Of a DNA stretch of 64,000 nucleotides, positions 30,785 to 44,706 are shown one piece after another (within the stretch, counting starts at the first letter, position 1; each line of letters opens with the position of its first letter). Position numbers and translations under genes: made by a program. The notes beneath the pieces are model-generated. The model searched no databases. It was given only the letters and a program-made list of their open reading frames with translations, and was not told the DNA's origin. This DNA is from Myxococcota bacterium (GTDB lineage Bacteria > Myxococcota_A > UBA9160 > UBA4427): contig OZ252299.1 in the NCBI GenBank assembly GCA_965250285.1, positions 1,280,001-1,344,000 of the forward strand, written 5' to 3'.

Positions 30785-32005
30785 TCAGCGTGATCGGCGG
30801 GCAGCCGACACGCGCAGCGCGATCTGGTGAAAGATCGAGCGAGCAAAGCCGAGCGGGTGGCTTCGCAGCTGGCGCAGGAGCAGCCGGCGAAAATGGGGGG
30901 CGCCGTCCATCGTCGACTTGCGCTGACCGGTCTCACCATGAAACGCGAGGTCGGGCATGTCGACGGGCTCGAGCCCGACATCGAGCGTGAAGTGCTCGGT
31001 GCGCGGTGCCAGGCAGCTGGTGTCGGTGCACGCCTGATAGTGCACGGTCACGTCGATCGGCACCGAATCATGGTCGACCGGTCGACACTCGCTGACGAGC
31101 TCGGCCCGCGGGTAGAATGGGACCACGATGTCGACTCCGTCGTCCCACACGTTCAGCGTCAGGTCGAGCCCGTCGAGCCGCAGGGGACGGGTCGGCGGAA
31201 CCTCGGGGTCGAGCGTCACGAGGCCGTCGGGCCCCGACACCTCGACCCGTGTGGCCACCATACCTTCGGGCACGGGCTCGCCATAGACGTGCAGACCGTC
31301 GCCGAGCGAGAAGCGCACGACGAGCTTGCGAACGATCCCCTGACGCAGGGTGCCGCGACCACCGTGCACGAAGGTCTCGATGCGCACGTCGTCGTCGCCG
31401 CCCGTGAGGGGCGTGTCGTCGGGGCCGGCGAGCACGCCGCCGAGCGCTGCGTCGATCAGACTCTCGGCGCTGTCTCGCTTCTTGTAGCTGTCGTGGAAGA
31501 ACTTCTCGACGACGACGCCGTGCTCGTCGGTGACGTACGTGCCGGGCCAGGGCACGCCGTAGGCCGGGATATCGCCCGGCTTGAGGGCCGTGTTGAGGAT
31601 GCCGTAGCGGCGGATGACCTCGGAGCCCGCGTCGGAGAGCATCGGGTACTCGATGTCGTACGTCTCAGCGAACGCGGCCAACGCGTCGACGTCGTCATAC
31701 GAGATGGCGTAGAGCTTGATGCCCGCCGCCTCGAACTGGGCCTGTGCATCGCGCAGCTCGACGAGCTGCGTAAAGCAGGGGGGTCACCAGACCGCCGATC
31801 GAAAGAACACGACGGCGGCCTTCGAGTCGCCGCGGTCAGCGTGAAAGTCGACCGTGCGCCCGGTGTGGTCGGTGAGCACCCAGTCGGGCAGCCGCTCGCC
31901 GATCGCGGGGCCGGTCGGCGCCTCGTCGGGCATGTTCGCGCGGCCGGGGTGCCCGAGCGGGGCCGGCGCGTCGAAGCCGAGATGGTCGCGTTCGTGAAAG
32001 CTCAT
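30785..32005 (-). CDS. Putative selenoprotein: AhpC/TSA-like redoxin (UxxC) fused to a DsbD-N-like domain
   Basis: ORFs 31784..32005 and 30785..31681 are in frame; reads FFRSAVW-UGA-PPCFTQLVEL; C-terminal YQACTDTSCLAP. Confidence 0.88.
31752..31770 (-). promoter_or_regulatory. Putative bacterial SECIS element
   Basis: CGCAGCUC-GUC-GAGCUGCG hairpin 13 nt after the UGA, with G first in the apical loop. Confidence 0.75.
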
Positions 32006-32048
32006 CGGGTCGAATCCTCACTCGGTGTCGACGTCGAGTCGGTGCGGT

Positions 32049-32618
32049 CTACTCGCCCTTCGGAAAGTTGAAGAGCGGAAAGACCGGCAGGAAACCGTTC
32101 TGGGCGATGTTGAGGAAGCCGATCTGCACGTTCTCGATGTGCTCGGTCATGTTCAGGAACCCGATCTGGGTGCCCGAGCGTTCAGAGACGACGACCCCGG
32201 AGAGGTCGAATGCGCTCGTGCCCTGGATCGCATTGACGAAGGCGATGTTCGCGCCCTGGGGTGCGTCGTTGACGACGTTGATGAAGCCGAGGGTGGCGCC
32301 GCTCGCTTGGCCCTGAACGAGGTTGGCGAACGAGCAGAGGCAGCCGTTCGAATCGCCCTCGACGTACGCCATCGCGAACCACGGGCCGGCGCCCGTGAAG
32401 TCGCGGCTGCGCGCGAGAAGCGCGCCTGCGAGATCGAAGCCGCTCATGCGCTCGCTGTCGCCGTAGAGCAGCGAGAAACGAAACCCGTCGACATTCGGGT
32501 CAGCCGGCGCACGCAGCCCGGCGAACTGGATCTGGGCACCGGCGTCGCCCAGCGCGGGCGCGGCCCACAGAGTGCCCGTCAGCAGACTGATCGACCAGAA
32601 CGCGGCGGCTCGCTTCAA
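32049..32618 (-). CDS. Secreted Gly/Asn repeat protein (LA_2272/VC2662-like)
   Basis: Signal peptide; repeated GxQIGFxN units; FLPVFPLFNF terminus. Confidence 0.7.
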   Translation of the reverse strand: MKRAAAFWSISLLTGTLWAAPALGDAGAQIQFAGLRAPADPNVDGFRFSLLYGDSERMSGFDLAGALLARSRDFTGAGPWFAMAYVEGDSNGCLCSFANLVQGQASGATLGFINVVNDAPQGANIAFVNAIQGTSAFDLSGVVVSERSGTQIGFLNMTEHIENVQIGFLNIAQNGFLPVFPLFNFPKGE

Positions 32619-32705
32619 GGCGTGTCTCCTTCAGGCATGGGGCGGGCTCGGCAAGACGCATAGCGCACGGTGAATCCGCCGACGGCCCCCACGCCCCCGA
32701 ACGCC

Positions 32706-33422
32706 TCAGCCGAAGAAGATCGAGAAGTCGTCGCGAAGGATCATCCAGATCGCGAGCGCGCCCGTCCAGAGCGGAAACACCGTCCAGACGAGGTTCGAGA
32801 GCCCGATGAAGACGAACAGGTCGAACACGCGATGCCCCTCGTACCGGCGGTTGATGATGAAGCTCGTGAAGTAGAGCGCGGTGCCGTAGAACATCTGCCA
32901 GCTGAAGATCACGATGACGATCCCGAGCCACTGCGCCGGAACCCACTCGAAGACGATCGCGATCGGGACCAGCAGCGAGGGCAGCAGCGTCGTGTAACCG
33001 TTGCCGATGTCGATGGCGAAGCCGAACGAGCGCTTGTCGGCGTAGGCCGGGTCGATGACGGCGTAGGCGGCCCACACGCTCGACCACGGGGCAAGCGTGA
33101 AGATCTCGCGCGTCTCGATGCGCCGCGCGAAGAACGAGAAGATGTGTTTCAGCTCGTGACCGCGGGCCGCTTCGCGAGCCGCTTCGTACTCGGCGCGAAT
33201 CGCGTCGGCGTGGCGATGCAGCGCGAGCTCCCAGAAGGCGATCAACGCATTCACGGCAAAGAAGAAGGCGGTCCCGACGAAGTGCACGCTCGGGCTTCGC
33301 CCGGCGAGCCCGGCCAGGGCGAGTGGGATCAGCGTGCCGGTCACGACCAGCAGGGCCACGATCGACCAGATGGGCCAGCTGCGGGCCTGCACCGATGCGG
33401 CGGGGAGGGTGGCTTCCGTCAT
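32706..33422 (-). CDS. EXPERA / emopamil-binding protein (EBP)-like membrane protein
   Basis: WAAYAVIDPAY, QMFYGTALYF and NLVWTVFP resemble EBP motifs; RBS GGAG. Confidence 0.7.
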   Translation of the reverse strand: MTEATLPAASVQARSWPIWSIVALLVVTGTLIPLALAGLAGRSPSVHFVGTAFFFAVNALIAFWELALHRHADAIRAEYEAAREAARGHELKHIFSFFARRIETREIFTLAPWSSVWAAYAVIDPAYADKRSFGFAIDIGNGYTTLLPSLLVPIAIVFEWVPAQWLGIVIVIFSWQMFYGTALYFTSFIINRRYEGHRVFDLFVFIGLSNLVWTVFPLWTGALAIWMILRDDFSIFFG

Positions 33423-33840
33423 GCGGCAGCTCCTTCGAATGCGGAGACGCGATCGGCGGCCCCGCGCCGATTCTGCCGTGCCTCGACGCCTTCGGCTCTT
33501 CGGGTCGGCCCGGGGGCCGGGCGACCGCCCGACGCGGATGCCTCCCGCGGTCCGATCGCCTGATCGGCCGCGCCGGCTGCGCATCCGGCCCGTGGGGGCT
33601 ATGCTGCGCAGCTCGCGACGAGGCCCGAATGGGGGCCGAGGTCCCCGGCGGGACCAGCCCCGTCCCCGATGCCTCCGGCATCCGAGATCACCTCGTCGCC
33701 CAGCTGCGAACACCCGCGAACCACCGCGACGTCGTGGGCGCCGGCGCGCCCGATCCGCCGAGTGCGGGCTCTGGCGTCGCGACCAACGACATCGACGTTC
33801 ACCGCGCCCGTCGCGTGAATAGAAAGACGAGACTGCCGCC

Positions 33841-35208
33841 ATGGCCACCGACCAAGCACTGGATTTCGACCTCGACGGGGTCACGATCGACACCGAAGAG
33901 ACCAGCCCCGTCGTGCGCACCCTCGAGGTCACCGTCGACGCGGCCCGCGTCGACCGCGCCTTCGCCCGCGTCTACGACGAGCTGAAGAAGACGGCGCGCA
34001 TCAAGGGCTTCCGCCCCGGCAAGGTGCCCCGGCCCGTGCTCGAGCGGATGTACGGCGCCACCGTGCCCGACGAGATCGAGCGCGTGCTGGTGAGCGAGAC
34101 GCTGGCCGGTGCGATTCAGCAGGCCGATGTGGCGCCGCTCAGCGAGCCGTCGGTCGACGCCGGCACCCCCGAGCCCGGGACCGTCTTCAGCTACAAGGCG
34201 CGGGTCGAGGTGAAGCCCGAGGTCGAGCTGCCCGACTTGACCGCGATCACGGCCGAGCGCCCGATCGTGTCGGTCGGAGACGACGAGATCCAGGCCGAGA
34301 TCGAACGCATTCGCGATCAGCTCGCGCCGCTGGTCGAGGCCGAAGAGGGCACGGCCCTCGAAGACGGACACACCGCGGTCATCGATTTCGTCGGGCGGGT
34401 GGATGGTGAGGCGTTCGAGGGCGGCACGGGGGACGGCGTCGAGCTCGAGATCGGCTCGGGACGATTCATCCCGGGCTTCGAAGAGCAGCTGGTCGGTCAC
34501 GCGAGCGGCGACGACGTCGAGGTCAACGTGACCTTCCCCGAGGATTACGGTCACGACGAACTCGCCGGCAAGGACGCCGTGTTCTCGACGACGATCCAGG
34601 CGGTGAAGCACAAGCAGCCCGCTGAGCTCGATGACGAGTTCGCCAAGGACGTCGGCGAATTCGACACGCTCGCCGAGCTCGAGCAGCGCATCCGCGATGA
34701 TCTGACGAAGCAGCGCGAAGAGGCCTCGACCGAGGCGCTCAACCGGTCGCTGATGGATGCGATCCTCGATCAGGTCGACTTCGAGGTGCCGCCCGGCGTG
34801 GTCGAGCGACAGCTGCGCAACCACATGGAGCAGACGCACCGGCAGTTCCAGGGGCGCGTGCCCGACGAGGTGCTCCGCGATCAGCTGATGCGCCTGCAGG
34901 AAGACGGGCGCCCCCAGGCCGAGCGGCGGGTCCGCGAAGCGTTCGTGCTCGAGGCGGTCGCGCGCGAGAACGACGTGGAGGTCGAGGACGCGGCGCTCGA
35001 CGAGCGCCTGGGCGAGCTCGCCGAGGCGCAGGGTGTCACGGTCGACAAGTTCAAGCAGACGGCCGAAGAGCAGGGCTGGATCCAAGCGATCCGAGAGCAG
35101 CTCCTCGACCAGGCCGTGTTCGGCTACCTGGCCGGGCAGGCCACGGTGAACGATGTTCAGCCGACGCCCGAGACGTCGGGGGTGGCCGACGACGGCAGCG
35201 AGGCCTGA
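33841..35208 (+). CDS. tig: Trigger factor
   Basis: IKGFRPGKVP, IDFVGRVDGEAFEGG, FIPGFEEQLVG, VTFPEDY. Confidence 0.97.
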   Translation: MATDQALDFDLDGVTIDTEETSPVVRTLEVTVDAARVDRAFARVYDELKKTARIKGFRPGKVPRPVLERMYGATVPDEIERVLVSETLAGAIQQADVAPLSEPSVDAGTPEPGTVFSYKARVEVKPEVELPDLTAITAERPIVSVGDDEIQAEIERIRDQLAPLVEAEEGTALEDGHTAVIDFVGRVDGEAFEGGTGDGVELEIGSGRFIPGFEEQLVGHASGDDVEVNVTFPEDYGHDELAGKDAVFSTTIQAVKHKQPAELDDEFAKDVGEFDTLAELEQRIRDDLTKQREEASTEALNRSLMDAILDQVDFEVPPGVVERQLRNHMEQTHRQFQGRVPDEVLRDQLMRLQEDGRPQAERRVREAFVLEAVARENDVEVEDAALDERLGELAEAQGVTVDKFKQTAEEQGWIQAIREQLLDQAVFGYLAGQATVNDVQPTPETSGVADDGSEA

Positions 35209-35509
35209 CGCGCGCCGGCGAAGGCCGCCGATCGGGTCGCGGCGCTCGGTCGGTCGCCCGCGTCCCGATCGCGCGGATGCGTGTGCCAGGGTCGGCGTGC
35301 ACGGGCGCGCCGGCGTCCAGATTCGGGGCTTCGGGGCGCGAAGAACCGGGGCCGAATTCGGCCGGTCGGGACGTGACTTCCGCGTCAGTGAATGCGCACG
35401 AGTTGCGCGCGCTGAGGCCCCGTTCAGCGCCGTCTCCCGAAGCGATCGCGCGTTCGAACCCCTCGACTTTGCGACCCGAAGCGGTGGGTCGATCCTCTCG
35501 GGGCGAAGC

Positions 35510-35538
35510 TTGCCAATACGCGCGGCCTGACGAAGAAT
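35510..35538 (+). promoter_or_regulatory. Possible sigma70 promoter upstream of clpP
   Basis: TTGCCA-17 nt-AAGAAT in an AT-richer patch. Confidence 0.35.
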
Positions 35539-35723
35539 AGGCTTTGGATGAGGCGTCCAGGGGGGGATGCTCCTGTCGCTGTCGCCGCCCATCGATCGAC
35601 GTCCGGTCGGTGGAGACCACGCGCGTGGTCGTGCGGTCGGACGGGGTCGCCATGCGGCCGTCGACGTGTCGCGGGCTCGGAGAGCCCCCGCCCATTCGCG
35701 GCATCCAAGGAGCGAGCAATCAC

Positions 35724-36344
35724 ATGCCGGTCATTCCGTACGTCATCGAGCAGAACCAGCGCGGCGAGCGCGTGTTCGACATCTACTCGCGCCTGCTGCG
35801 CGACCGCGTGATCTTTCTGGGCACCGAGGTGAACGACGACGTGGCGAACGTCATCGTCGCCCAGCTGCTCTTCCTCGAGGCCGAGGATCCCGACCAGGAG
35901 ATCCACCTCTACATCAACTCGCCGGGCGGCTCGATTACGGCCGGGCTGGCGATCCTCGACACGATGAACTTCGTGCGACCCCAGATCTCGACCACCTGCA
36001 TCGGAATGGCGGCGTCGATGGCGGCCTGGCTGCTCGCGGCCGGTGCCCCGGGCAAGCGCAATGCGCTCACCAATTCGCGCGTGATGATCCACCAGCCGAT
36101 GGGAGGTGCTCGAGGTCAGGCCTCGGACATCGACATCCAGGCGCAGGAGATCTTGAAGATGCGCGAGCGGATGAACGAGATCCTCTCGCAGCTGACGGGG
36201 AAGCCCCTCGATCAGATCGCGGCCGATACCGAGCGCGATTACTATATGTCGGCCGACGAGGCGCGGGATTATGGCCTCATCGACGTCGTGACCGGTGAGC
36301 GCCCCGGCGCTTCCGGAGGCGAGCGCAAGGACAAGGCGGCTTGA
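35724..36344 (+). CDS. clpP: ATP-dependent Clp protease proteolytic subunit
   Basis: [35 protein letters not shown]. Confidence 0.97.
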   Translation: MPVIPYVIEQNQRGERVFDIYSRLLRDRVIFLGTEVNDDVANVIVAQLLFLEAEDPDQEIHLYINSPGGSITAGLAILDTMNFVRPQISTTCIGMAASMAAWLLAAGAPGKRNALTNSRVMIHQPMGGARGQASDIDIQAQEILKMRERMNEILSQLTGKPLDQIAADTERDYYMSADEARDYGLIDVVTGERPGASGGERKDKAA

Positions 36345-36450
36345 GCGAAGCGGTCGGCCGCGAGCGATTCGACGTAGCCCGAGAGCCCGGGCTGCGGGGG
36401 TGCAGACCACACGGCCCGAGCGACCGGGTCAGGCGGGAGAGCGAAGCGTC

Positions 36451-37698
<1,248 letters not shown>

Positions 37699-37775
37699 CA
37701 CAGCCTGCCTGCTCCCGTAACACCGGAGCGCCCCAGGCATCGTAGTCGGACCACCTCGGACCAAATGGGGGATCC

Positions 37776-40274
<2,499 letters not shown>

Positions 40275-40493
40275 ACCCGAACGGCGTCGCGCCTGCGTGA
40301 CCCTGGCGGCCGGTGCCCTGAGTGGTGCCGGCCGCTCGCATTTCAGGCGAGGCCACCCCACCCCCCATGCCTTCGTGCCGCGAACAACATCACCGCGAAC
40401 CACATCACAGAGGCGGCCAGCGCCGCTATCCTCCGCCGTCCTTGGCAGGGGCGCGCCGACCGAGCGCGCGTGAGGCCAGACGCCTTACCCTGG

Positions 40494-40570
40494 GGACGTG
40501 TAGCTCAGCTGGTTAGAGCATCTCGTTTACACCGAGAGGGTCCGCGGTTCGAATCCGTGCACGTCCACCA
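40494..40570 (+). tRNA. tRNA-Val (TAC)
   Basis: GGACGTG...CACGTCC-A-CCA; anticodon loop TTTACAC. Confidence 0.97.
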
Positions 40571-40689
40571 GGGTCGCCTGCACGCCGACTTCACCGAGAC
40601 TTGAAACGCTCTCCGTCACTCGGGCTCCGCCCTCGGCCCGCTGTGTGATAGGGTCGAATTCTTGTGCGATCGACCAGAGGGGGCGGGGC

Positions 40690-42036
40690 GTGCGCTGGAT
40701 CCGAACGGGGGGGCTGATCTGCGGGCTGCTGGGCGCCGCGGCCCCCGCACTCGCCGCCTCGGTCCAGGAGACGTTCACGTTCGAATCGACGATTACATCG
40801 ACGTTCGTCGGACCGATCGAGCTGAGAGCCGAGCTCAACTACGACGACGCGCGCGCGAACGCTCCGATCGCCGTCGTCATGGCGGGCTTCTCGCCGACCA
40901 ACGGCAACCTGAGCGCCGTGCGCCCCCATGCTCAGCGACTGCGCGATGACGGCTTCTTCTCGGTCACGGTCGCCATGCGAGGCCGCGATGGGTCGGAGGG
41001 CGTGCGCGACTCGGGCGGGCTCGAGATCCACGACATCTGGGACGCCGTCGAGTCGGTCAAGCAGGCGTACGCCGGCCTCGTCGACCCGACGAACGTCCAC
41101 ATCACGGGCTATTCGGGCGGGGGCGGCAACGCGATGTCGGCCGTCGTGCGGCTGCCCGACTACTTTCGGGTCGCATCCTCGTACTTCGGCATGTCGGACT
41201 ACGGCCTCGATCCCATCGAGGGCTGGTACAACAATGGCGCCGCGGGCCGCACGAGCATCCTCGACCGCGACATCGGCAATCCGAACCTCGGTGACCCCGA
41301 CGTGCTCGACCGGTATCGAGCGCGCGCTTCGAACCTGGCGGCGGCGAACGCCAGCGCAGCCGAGATCCATCTCTTCGTGAACGACAACGAGACGATCTGC
41401 CCGCTCGTGAATCACGCGCGCTTCGCGCAGAATGGCGGACCGAACGTGACCCACCATGTCGGCATCTCGGCGGCGCCGACGTTCGAAGACTTCAACGGCA
41501 ATGGCGTCGAAGACCCGGGCGAACGGCAGTCATGGCCGCACGGGTTCCCGTCGGCCAATCAGCAGGACGCGGCGGAGCAGTGGTACCGCGATCGGCTGCT
41601 GGCGGGCGAGATCCCGCAGCCCCAGATCGCGCCGAGCGGGCTCTTCGTCGTCCCTGGCTTCCTCAAGACCCGGCACTTCGAGGTCTATGCGGGCGATGGT
41701 CAGGACGCGGCCGGCACCGTGAACTACGCGCTCGCGGATGATGGCGCCCAGTTCAGCCTCAGCCGGACGACGAGCAACGCCGCCGCGCGCTTCGCCGTCG
41801 TCGTACTGAGTGACTTCATCGAGCCCGCAGGCGCTCAAGTCGTCGCACGCCTGAACGGGGAGTGGGTCGACACGTTCGAGGCCGGCACACGCCGGGTGTT
41901 CTTCGATCTCGATGACGGCGACGTGCTCGAGCTGGAGCGCTTCGCAGAGCCCGTCGGGCCGGCCATGGCGCCGGGGCTCCTGCTGCTGCTGCACGCTGGG
42001 CCGATCGGCTGGCTGGCGTGGCGCCGACTTCGATGA
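40690..42036 (+). CDS. Secreted alpha/beta hydrolase with C-terminal membrane anchor
   Basis: Signal peptide, GYSGGG nucleophile elbow, DFNGNG Ca-loop-like motif, hydrophobic tail ending WRRLR. Confidence 0.8.
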   Translation: MRWIRTGGLICGLLGAAAPALAASVQETFTFESTITSTFVGPIELRAELNYDDARANAPIAVVMAGFSPTNGNLSAVRPHAQRLRDDGFFSVTVAMRGRDGSEGVRDSGGLEIHDIWDAVESVKQAYAGLVDPTNVHITGYSGGGGNAMSAVVRLPDYFRVASSYFGMSDYGLDPIEGWYNNGAAGRTSILDRDIGNPNLGDPDVLDRYRARASNLAAANASAAEIHLFVNDNETICPLVNHARFAQNGGPNVTHHVGISAAPTFEDFNGNGVEDPGERQSWPHGFPSANQQDAAEQWYRDRLLAGEIPQPQIAPSGLFVVPGFLKTRHFEVYAGDGQDAAGTVNYALADDGAQFSLSRTTSNAAARFAVVVLSDFIEPAGAQVVARLNGEWVDTFEAGTRRVFFDLDDGDVLELERFAEPVGPAMAPGLLLLLHAGPIGWLAWRRLR

Positions 42037-42051
42037 GCATCCGATGAGAAG

Positions 42052-42081
42052 AGGGCGGGGAGCCGGTTGGCCCCCCGCCCT
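42052..42081. terminator. Hairpin between convergent genes
   Basis: AGGGCGGGG / CCCCGCCCT inverted repeat. Confidence 0.5.
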
Positions 42082-42135
42082 GATCTCACTCGGCGCCTCG
42101 CGTCGCAACGCGCGGCGCTCGACGCCTACGCGCGC

Positions 42136-44706
42136 TCAGCGCCTGCGCACCCGGTGCAGGCCCACGAGCAGGCCGAGACCCGACACGAACCCGAGCCAGA
42201 TCGAGGGCTCGGGGGCGGCGAGCGCGAACCCGTTCAGGATCGGTCGCACCGCCGGGGCCGGCAGGTCGGGGTTGGCGATGCGGATCACCACCGGGTCGAG
42301 GCCGTTCGACTCGAAGACGACCGAGGCGAAGCTCAGGCCGGCCGGGTCGGGGGTCGTGCTGTGGTCGAACACGACCGGGCCGACGCCGAAGGTGAGGCCG
42401 CCATCCTCGCTGACCGTCAGATCGGCTTCGCCCTGATCCACGTCGCTGTCGTGGAACACGCCGCTGAACACGTAGCTACCCGGCTCGAGGCCATCGAGCG
42501 TGATGTCCAGGTTCGGCTCGAGCGAGAAGATGAAGTCTCGCGCGAGCGGGCTGCCCGTCTGGCCGGGGGCGAGGGCACCGCGGTCGCGACCGTCGAGGGC
42601 CGCTCCGGGGGTGATGCCATCGCTCGAACTGACGGAGAGCCGGGCCGCGCCGAGATCGACCTCGCTGCCGTCGGCGACGGTGGCGAGGTCGACGGCGAGG
42701 AAGCCTGGCTGGACAGGCGAGAAGCCCTTGTCGAGATCGAAGAAGTCGACGTGGACCGCGTCGTTGTCCGCGTCGAACAGGACGAGATCGAACCCGTTCA
42801 GCACCGGCCGCACGCTCGGTGCCGGGAGGTCCGGGTTCGAGACGCGCAGCACGACGTCGCTCGTCCCGTCGGTTTCGAACACGAACGTCTCGGTGGTGAT
42901 GGCGGGCGGGTTCGTCGTCGTCGAGTTCGTGACCGTGACCGGTCCGACCGCGAAGGTCGCTCCGCCATCGAGGCTCAGCAGCAGGTCGGAGTCGCCCTGA
43001 TCCGCCGTGTTGTCGTGGAAGTAGCCGGTCAGCGTGTAGCGGCCGGCGGACAAGCCACCGAGGGTCAAGTCGAGGTTCTCACCGAACGCAAAGGCGAAGT
43101 CGCGCGCGAGATCCGACAGCGGCTGGCTCGGGTCGAGGGCGCCACGATCGCGACCGTCGGTCCCCGTGCTGCCCACCTCGGTGCCCGTGCTCTCGAGCGC
43201 CACCGCGAACCCGTTCACGACGACTGGCGTGCCATCCGATGCATCCTCTTCGGTCACGCCGGTGTAGCCCTCCTGCACGGGGCCGGGCGGATGGTTCGCC
43301 GACGAGAAGTCGACGTGCGCAGACCGGATCGGCGCGGCCTCGCGCAGGTCGAAGCCGTTCAGGATCGGCCGCACTGCCGGCGTCGGCAGGTCGGAGTTCG
43401 AGATGCGGACGACGACCGCGGCACTGCCATCGGTCACGAAGCGCGTGCGCAGGGTCTCGATTCGTTCGGGGTCGGTCGTCGTGCTGTGGCTCGTCGGCTC
43501 CGGCCCGTAGTCGAAGGTGACGCCTCCATCCGTACTCAGGCTGATCGTCGCCACGCCCTGGTCGACCGTGTTGTCGTGGAAGTAGCCCGTCCACTCGTAG
43601 AAGCCGGGCTCGAGGCCATCGAGCGTCAGCACCAGATCCTCGCCCCACGCGAATGCGAAGTCGCGCGCGAGGTCGGAGAGTGCCTGGGTGCCGGCGAGGG
43701 CGCCGCGGTCGCGGCCATTGATACCCGTGTCGTCGGTCTCGACACCAGCGCTCGCCAGTGAGATGTCGACACCATTCACGTTCACGGGGGTGCCATCGGA
43801 GGCATCGGTGCCGTCGACGCCGGTGTAGCCGGCCTGGACGGGCGCGGGGCCCTGATTCGACGAGATGTCGACGAAGAGCTCGCTCGGACCGGGGGCGGCC
43901 GGTGCTTCGAAGTCCCACGTCGTATCGACCGCGGAGGGGCCGCTTGTCGTCAACGCGACCTGGTCGACGTAGCCGATCTGGTCGAGGTTGGCCGTGCCCA
44001 CGCCGACGCCGATCTCGACGAGAAACGCATTGAGGAAGGACGGATCGAGGATCGCGCGCCAGTCCGCGAGCGTCCGCAGCGGCGGTCCCCCGCCGCTACC
44101 GGGCTCGCCGAAGCCGCCCGTCGACCAGAAGAGGCCCGACGACTCGGTGATGTTCACCGTGGTCCAGGCGCCGGTCGGCGGATTCGTGCTCACGCCTTCG
44201 TTGCCCGGCTGATTCCACGACGGTTCGTAGACCAGCGTCGCGAAGCAGTCGCCATCGGGCGATGGGCACGGACCGACCGGGTCGAAGAAGACCAGCTTCA
44301 GAGCCGGCGCAGGGGCCGCGTCGCCGCTGGCCTCCTTGTAGTACGAGTACGAGATCACGAGATCGCCGTCGATCACATCGGCGGCGAAGCCGAAGGGCCC
44401 ACCGATCGAGATCTCGGCTCTGTCGGCGGCATCGGCGCCGGTCGTGAGCAGGGCCGCGCCGGTCGGAAGCGGTGCCCCGGACTCCAGGTCTCCGCCGAGC
44501 CCGGTCAGATCCTCGATGGATGCTTCTCCGCCGGCGAGGCTGTTGGCGTCGTACCAGACACCTGACGCCGGTGCGGCTTCCAATCCGGTCACGACCTCGG
44601 TCGCGGCCCATGCGGTCATGGGGAGGAGCCAGAGGGCTGCGGCGACAACGAGGGCTGCGCGGCTTCGAACCAGCAGGTGGGACAACTTCGGTTTCATCGA
44701 TTGCAT
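42136..44706 (-). CDS. Large PEP-CTERM surface protein with three tandem ~185-aa repeats
   Basis: Signal peptide ending TAWA; repeats with GRDRGAL, LARDF, YFHD, RPILNGF; tail APEPSIWLGFVSGLGLLVGLHRVRRR. Confidence 0.88.
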   Translation of the reverse strand: MQSMKPKLSHLLVRSRAALVVAAALWLLPMTAWAATEVVTGLEAAPASGVWYDANSLAGGEASIEDLTGLGGDLESGAPLPTGAALLTTGADAADRAEISIGGPFGFAADVIDGDLVISYSYYKEASGDAAPAPALKLVFFDPVGPCPSPDGDCFATLVYEPSWNQPGNEGVSTNPPTGAWTTVNITESSGLFWSTGGFGEPGSGGGPPLRTLADWRAILDPSFLNAFLVEIGVGVGTANLDQIGYVDQVALTTSGPSAVDTTWDFEAPAAPGPSELFVDISSNQGPAPVQAGYTGVDGTDASDGTPVNVNGVDISLASAGVETDDTGINGRDRGALAGTQALSDLARDFAFAWGEDLVLTLDGLEPGFYEWTGYFHDNTVDQGVATISLSTDGGVTFDYGPEPTSHSTTTDPERIETLRTRFVTDGSAAVVVRISNSDLPTPAVRPILNGFDLREAAPIRSAHVDFSSANHPPGPVQEGYTGVTEEDASDGTPVVVNGFAVALESTGTEVGSTGTDGRDRGALDPSQPLSDLARDFAFAFGENLDLTLGGLSAGRYTLTGYFHDNTADQGDSDLLLSLDGGATFAVGPVTVTNSTTTNPPAITTETFVFETDGTSDVVLRVSNPDLPAPSVRPVLNGFDLVLFDADNDAVHVDFFDLDKGFSPVQPGFLAVDLATVADGSEVDLGAARLSVSSSDGITPGAALDGRDRGALAPGQTGSPLARDFIFSLEPNLDITLDGLEPGSYVFSGVFHDSDVDQGEADLTVSEDGGLTFGVGPVVFDHSTTPDPAGLSFASVVFESNGLDPVVIRIANPDLPAPAVRPILNGFALAAPEPSIWLGFVSGLGLLVGLHRVRRR

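Noticed and set aside
31784..31786. UGA as a nonsense mutation (pseudogene)
   Set aside because: It falls at the redox-motif position and is followed by a SECIS-like hairpin, so Sec recoding fits better.
35209..35723. Long tig-clpP spacer as an ncRNA or small gene
   Set aside because: No recognisable RNA family or convincing ORF; only a weak promoter-like signal.
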